From a virus (Duplodnaviria; Caudoviricetes), in the IMG/VR virus record IMGVR_UViG_3300020048_000009, positions 1-64,000 of that record: a stretch of 64,000 nt of DNA; one strand, given 5' to 3'. Shown here piece after piece: positions 61,259 to 64,000 of this stretch. The translations under genes were made by a program, and so were the position numbers. Within the stretch, counting starts at the first letter, position 1, and the number at the start of each line of letters is the position of its first letter. The notes below the pieces were generated by a model. The model worked only from the letters and a program-made list of their open reading frames with translations. It was not told the DNA's origin and ran no database searches.

Positions 61259-61402
61259 TTAAAAACTAATGGATTTTTATTTTATTTTCTTTGAAATTCC
61301 TGGTGAATTGTGGTGTACAAAGATTTATAGAAATGATATTCGCGTGCGCATTCCTATATAAGATATACATTGAAAAAAGATTCAGATAAAATAAAAATCT
61401 CA

Positions 61403-61440
61403 GTGTATGTTTCTCTTCGGATTGTATAATATATATCTAT
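61403..61440 (+). promoter_or_regulatory. Repeated promoter-like motif, copy C
   Basis: GTGTATGTTTCTCTTCGGATTGTATAATATATATCTAT. Confidence 0.65.
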
Positions 61441-61491
61441 CTTAAATGCACAACGCATTAAGAACAAACCAAAAAGAAAGAGAGTTCCAAT

Positions 61492-61803
61492 ATGAAACGT
61501 GATGCAAATGGTCGCTTCCTCCCCAAGTCCGCAACAGTCGCTCCGGTCGCCAAGAAAGTTGTCGCCCCCGTCGAGCAGAAGCCTGTTGAAACCGATCCCG
61601 TCAAGATGATCAAGCCCCTCGCGAAGTTGCTGGTCGGCGTGGTCGGCACGGGTGTCGCAACGGCCGTCGAGAAAGAGCTCTTCGCCAAGTATCGCACCTC
61701 GGGTGTGTATCAGGCCAACAAGGCCAACCTCTGCGCGCTCTATACCCAACTGGGTATGACTGAGATGGCCGAGCTGGTCGCGGCTGACATGATCGGCGAG
61801 TAA
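61492..61803 (+). CDS. Hypothetical protein with strongly GC-rich codon usage
   Basis: About 60% GC in spot counts, GTC/GCC/AAG codons; promoter copy C upstream, terminator downstream. Confidence 0.75.
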   Translation: MKRDANGRFLPKSATVAPVAKKVVAPVEQKPVETDPVKMIKPLAKLLVGVVGTGVATAVEKELFAKYRTSGVYQANKANLCALYTQLGMTEMAELVAADMIGE

Positions 61804-61819
61804 GTCAAGAACAAATCGA

Positions 61820-61845
61820 GGGGGTGAAAATCCCCCAAGTTTTTT
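61820..61845 (+). terminator. Intrinsic terminator
   Basis: GGGGG-TGAAAAT-CCCCC then AAG and T-run. Confidence 0.7.
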
Positions 61846-61936
61846 GTTTTGCTTTGTTGTATCTTAATGAGATATGGGTAAGACGTTTATGAAGTGGAAT
61901 TACTAGTCTCCATGGATTAAGCATTCAGAGATAGAT

Positions 61937-62007
61937 TGAGGGAACTAGTGTTAATGGTTAGCACAAGGGCCTTTGTCCCTTAGAGCGGTTCGAATCCGTA
62001 CCCTTAG
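61937..62007 (+). ncRNA. Degenerate tRNA-like element
   Basis: D-arm TAGTGTTAATGGTTAGCAC, anticodon-like stem AAGGG/CCCTT with loop CCTTTGT, T-arm GCGG-TTCGAAT-CCGT; acceptor out of register, variable region short. Confidence 0.55.
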
Positions 62008-62062
62008 AACAGATCTTAAGCTATAGCTTAACAGGTGAAATCCTCTGTATCTTACCTTGATT

Positions 62063-62090
62063 CGGGACATGTTAAAGTGTCCCGTTTCTT
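62063..62090 (+). terminator. Intrinsic terminator after tRNA-like region
   Basis: CGGGACA...TGTCCCG followed by TTTCTT. Confidence 0.7.
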
Positions 62091-62136
62091 TTATTTAGTG
62101 TTAAGGTTCTAGGAATTTGTACACCGGATAAAAGAA

Positions 62137-62165
62137 AAACCTGATAACTATTAATTATCAGGTTT
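62137..62165. terminator. Terminator hairpin downstream of 62191..63723
   Basis: AAACCTGATAA-N7-TTATCAGGTTT. Confidence 0.7.
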
Positions 62166-62190
62166 CATTGTAACGTATCTTGTTGAGATA

Positions 62191-63723
62191 TTACTCACCA
62201 GGAGCGACAGGCGTACCAAAGTCTTTAGCTGTAGGGGGTAGTTTAGGTTGAGCATTCGCTTCTCTATCCCATTGAGCCTTCATTGATTTAGCACCGGTCT
62301 CAGACATATCTTCCCAATACCAATAACGTGTTTCAGGTTTCATCTTTGACTTGTAATCAAACATTTTACCAGACTTAGTTGTAGGTTGAATTTTGAAGTT
62401 GATGTTTGTGATGTATTTGATTTGGTCATCAGGCGATAACATTTCAAACTCTGCAACAGCAATCGGCTTACCTTGAGCGATCTTGATCTCTAATGTCTTA
62501 GCACCAGTATTAGGAATAGAAGCTTGGCTTGTAGATTGTATACCTGTTTGAAGGTTCGCTGTGCGTCTGGCTGAATCATTATCAGTTAACCAACCTTTAG
62601 CACCGACTCTATCTGTAGGAAGAACATCTGGACCTGCTTCACCCAACTTCTGATATTTCTTATCGGCGGCTTTTATTTGATTTATACCTTTAGTGATATC
62701 ATCTGGAGTGATTTTATTTTTTATTTTATTATACATCTCCATTATTTTGTCTTTGCCGCCCATATTATACCAGTCAGTAATACTGTCTAAACTATAATAA
62801 GTAGCCAATGCTGCCACAATTTGTACTGAGACACTTGCTAAAACCCCTGCGAGTGCTCCAGCTAAAATGGCGCTTTCTTTCACTGGTTCCTTCTTGAGTT
62901 CACGTTTTGATTTATATTCGTTAACAAACGTACAGAATTCTTTGATATCCTTCTTCATCCAGTAGCTGATATCTTTTTCTTTACCAGTTAATTTATGACG
63001 AATCTCTTTCACGAATTTGTCACAGCAAGCTTTGTCAGCAGCAGTTTTACATTTCTTATCTTTGAATACTGCAATGGTCGTAACAGGTTTCTTTTCTGCT
63101 TCTTCCATTTCTTTAGAAAGATCATATGTTTTATAAGATTCTTCTATAGCGTTACCAGTATAAGGATCTTCATTACTTAGGTCAGGAGCATCCTCGATAT
63201 TCTCGAAACAGTCTGTAATGAATTCTGCGATCGCTGTAACCTCATCAATGCCGAATTCCTCGCAGCAGTCATCATCTTCTGCGCCGCAAGTAACTAAAAC
63301 AACATTCTCCTTAATCAGTTCTATTTCTGCCTTCTGTGTAATAGGATCGCCTGCTTTAATTACTTCTAGGATATTCTCATCTTCATTGAATTCAATTGAA
63401 TAATCAAACATGCCTTCTAATTTAGCTCTAAGGTCTGTACACCAACAAATGTCATCTGAATCAATATCTCCTATATCGTTTTCAACAATTTCATCGTCGC
63501 CAATATCATCTGTTGAAATAATAGGTTCAGCTTTGACGCTGCTAGTAGTCGCCATTCCATCTTCTTTAATGACTTTACCTGTAGGCGCTGCTTTAGTTAC
63601 TTTAGGTTTTGAAACAGCAAATACCGGTTTCCCGGCATTTGGTTTCTGGTTGCAGCATGCTTTACTTTCAGAAATAACCTGTAAGTAAGCATCTGTTATT
63701 TTATCTTCATGCTTTATATACAT
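62191..63723 (-). CDS. Hypothetical, probably internal-head/scaffold-like protein with DIxxW module
   Basis: Repeated (I/V)xE sites (ISES, IKED, IVEN, IEES, VKES), acidic blocks, DISYWMKK...F..FV..YKS; AGGAG RBS. Confidence 0.65.
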   Translation of the reverse strand: MYIKHEDKITDAYLQVISESKACCNQKPNAGKPVFAVSKPKVTKAAPTGKVIKEDGMATTSSVKAEPIISTDDIGDDEIVENDIGDIDSDDICWCTDLRAKLEGMFDYSIEFNEDENILEVIKAGDPITQKAEIELIKENVVLVTCGAEDDDCCEEFGIDEVTAIAEFITDCFENIEDAPDLSNEDPYTGNAIEESYKTYDLSKEMEEAEKKPVTTIAVFKDKKCKTAADKACCDKFVKEIRHKLTGKEKDISYWMKKDIKEFCTFVNEYKSKRELKKEPVKESAILAGALAGVLASVSVQIVAALATYYSLDSITDWYNMGGKDKIMEMYNKIKNKITPDDITKGINQIKAADKKYQKLGEAGPDVLPTDRVGAKGWLTDNDSARRTANLQTGIQSTSQASIPNTGAKTLEIKIAQGKPIAVAEFEMLSPDDQIKYITNINFKIQPTTKSGKMFDYKSKMKPETRYWYWEDMSETGAKSMKAQWDREANAQPKLPPTAKDFGTPVAPGE

Positions 63724-63741
63724 GTTAATATCTCCTGTTAA

Positions 63742-63999
63742 TTACTTAACTTTCTTACCATTAGGAGCTACTGCGATAACTTTTGCTTTCTTACAGCATG
63801 TTTTGCTTTCAGTGATTTCTTCAGAACCTTCTTCTGGAAGTTCTTCACCGGCATCGCCTTCGCCTTCTGCAGCAGCTTTGAATTCCTTAAGTTCCTTCAA
63901 CCAGTCAGCCATTTGAGTATTTACTGCAGCAGCTTCTTCATCTTCTTGTTCTTCTGCATCAGCAGCAAGCTTTTCATAATTTGCAATAGCTTCATCAAG
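63742..63999 (-). CDS. C-terminal end of an acidic protein (partial, runs off the window)
   Basis: Open frame from the edge: ...EEQEDEEAAA...ITESKTCCKK...KKVK; ITESKTCC mirrors ISESKACC of the next gene. Confidence 0.65.
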   Translation of the reverse strand, partial: LDEAIANYEKLAADAEEQEDEEAAAVNTQMADWLKELKEFKAAAEGEGDAGEELPEEGSEEITESKTCCKKAKVIAVAPNGKKVK

Positions 64000-64000
64000 T

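Noticed and set aside
61354-61749. 131-aa minus-strand ORF (and 61458..61697)
   Set aside because: Shadow of the GC-rich plus-strand gene 61492..61803, which has the promoter, codon bias and terminator
61820-61836. GGGGG-TGAAAAT-CCCCC as a tRNA T-arm or YrlA fragment
   Set aside because: It follows a stop codon and precedes a T-run, so a terminator is the simpler reading; no accompanying D-arm
61937-62007. Functional tRNA-Lys(UUU) or tRNA-Gln(UUG) call
   Set aside because: Anticodon loop, variable region and acceptor stem are out of canonical register, so no isotype can be assigned
5461-63916. Numerous short antisense or out-of-frame ORFs nested in long genes (e.g. 8275, 22768, 28966, 45433, 59149)
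   Set aside because: Fully overlap well-supported genes, carry no motifs, and show typical shadow-frame composition
1-64000. Stop-codon reassignment as in some jumbo phages
   Set aside because: Conserved genes are full length in the standard code, and TGA and TAG both end genes at expected positions; the polB stop is TAA after an intein motif
1-64000. Eukaryotic giant virus origin suggested by ankyrin repeats and low GC
   Set aside because: T4-type neck, tail terminator, UvsX/W/Y, gp46/47, gp32, plus Shine-Dalgarno sites, sigma70-like promoters and intrinsic terminators indicate a bacteriophage

Overview
64 kb segment of a large, very AT-rich (roughly 20-30% GC in spot counts) T4-like tailed phage genome, probably a jumbo phage; the taxon and host cannot be fixed from sequence alone. 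It carries a scattered T4-type core: UvsY/UvsW, gp47/gp46, a probable sliding clamp, primase, intein-containing UvsX, gp41 helicase, gp32 SSB, a gp62-like subunit, family-B DNA polymerase, and gp14-, gp15- and gp4-like structural genes. It also carries an NAD-dependent ligase, a CCA-adding enzyme, RmlC, a glycosyltransferase and GroES/GroEL. Most notable: (1) a DUF2828/TROVE-like vWA gene flanked on both sides by a covarying hairpin motif containing ACAGCAA; (2) a DNA polymerase gene that stops 14 residues into an intein at motif C, consistent with an atypically split intein whose partner lies outside the window; (3) a tightly coupled operon joining NAD salvage (NMNAT-Nudix + NAMPT) to CoaB, a CoaC-M23 fusion and a radical SAM enzyme; (4) many accessory proteins with short N-terminal leaders ending in (I/L)-(I/L/x)-E, resembling T4 capsid-targeting/prohead-protease sites, including a six-member tandem paralog array and a five-protein family sharing a DIxxWxK module; (5) eight CAGATACA repeats phased every 20-21 bp at the boundary of a GC-rich groES/groEL region; (6) an apparently catalytically dead prohead-protease paralog and a degenerate tRNA-like element. 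All assignments come from motif recognition by eye; no searches were run.
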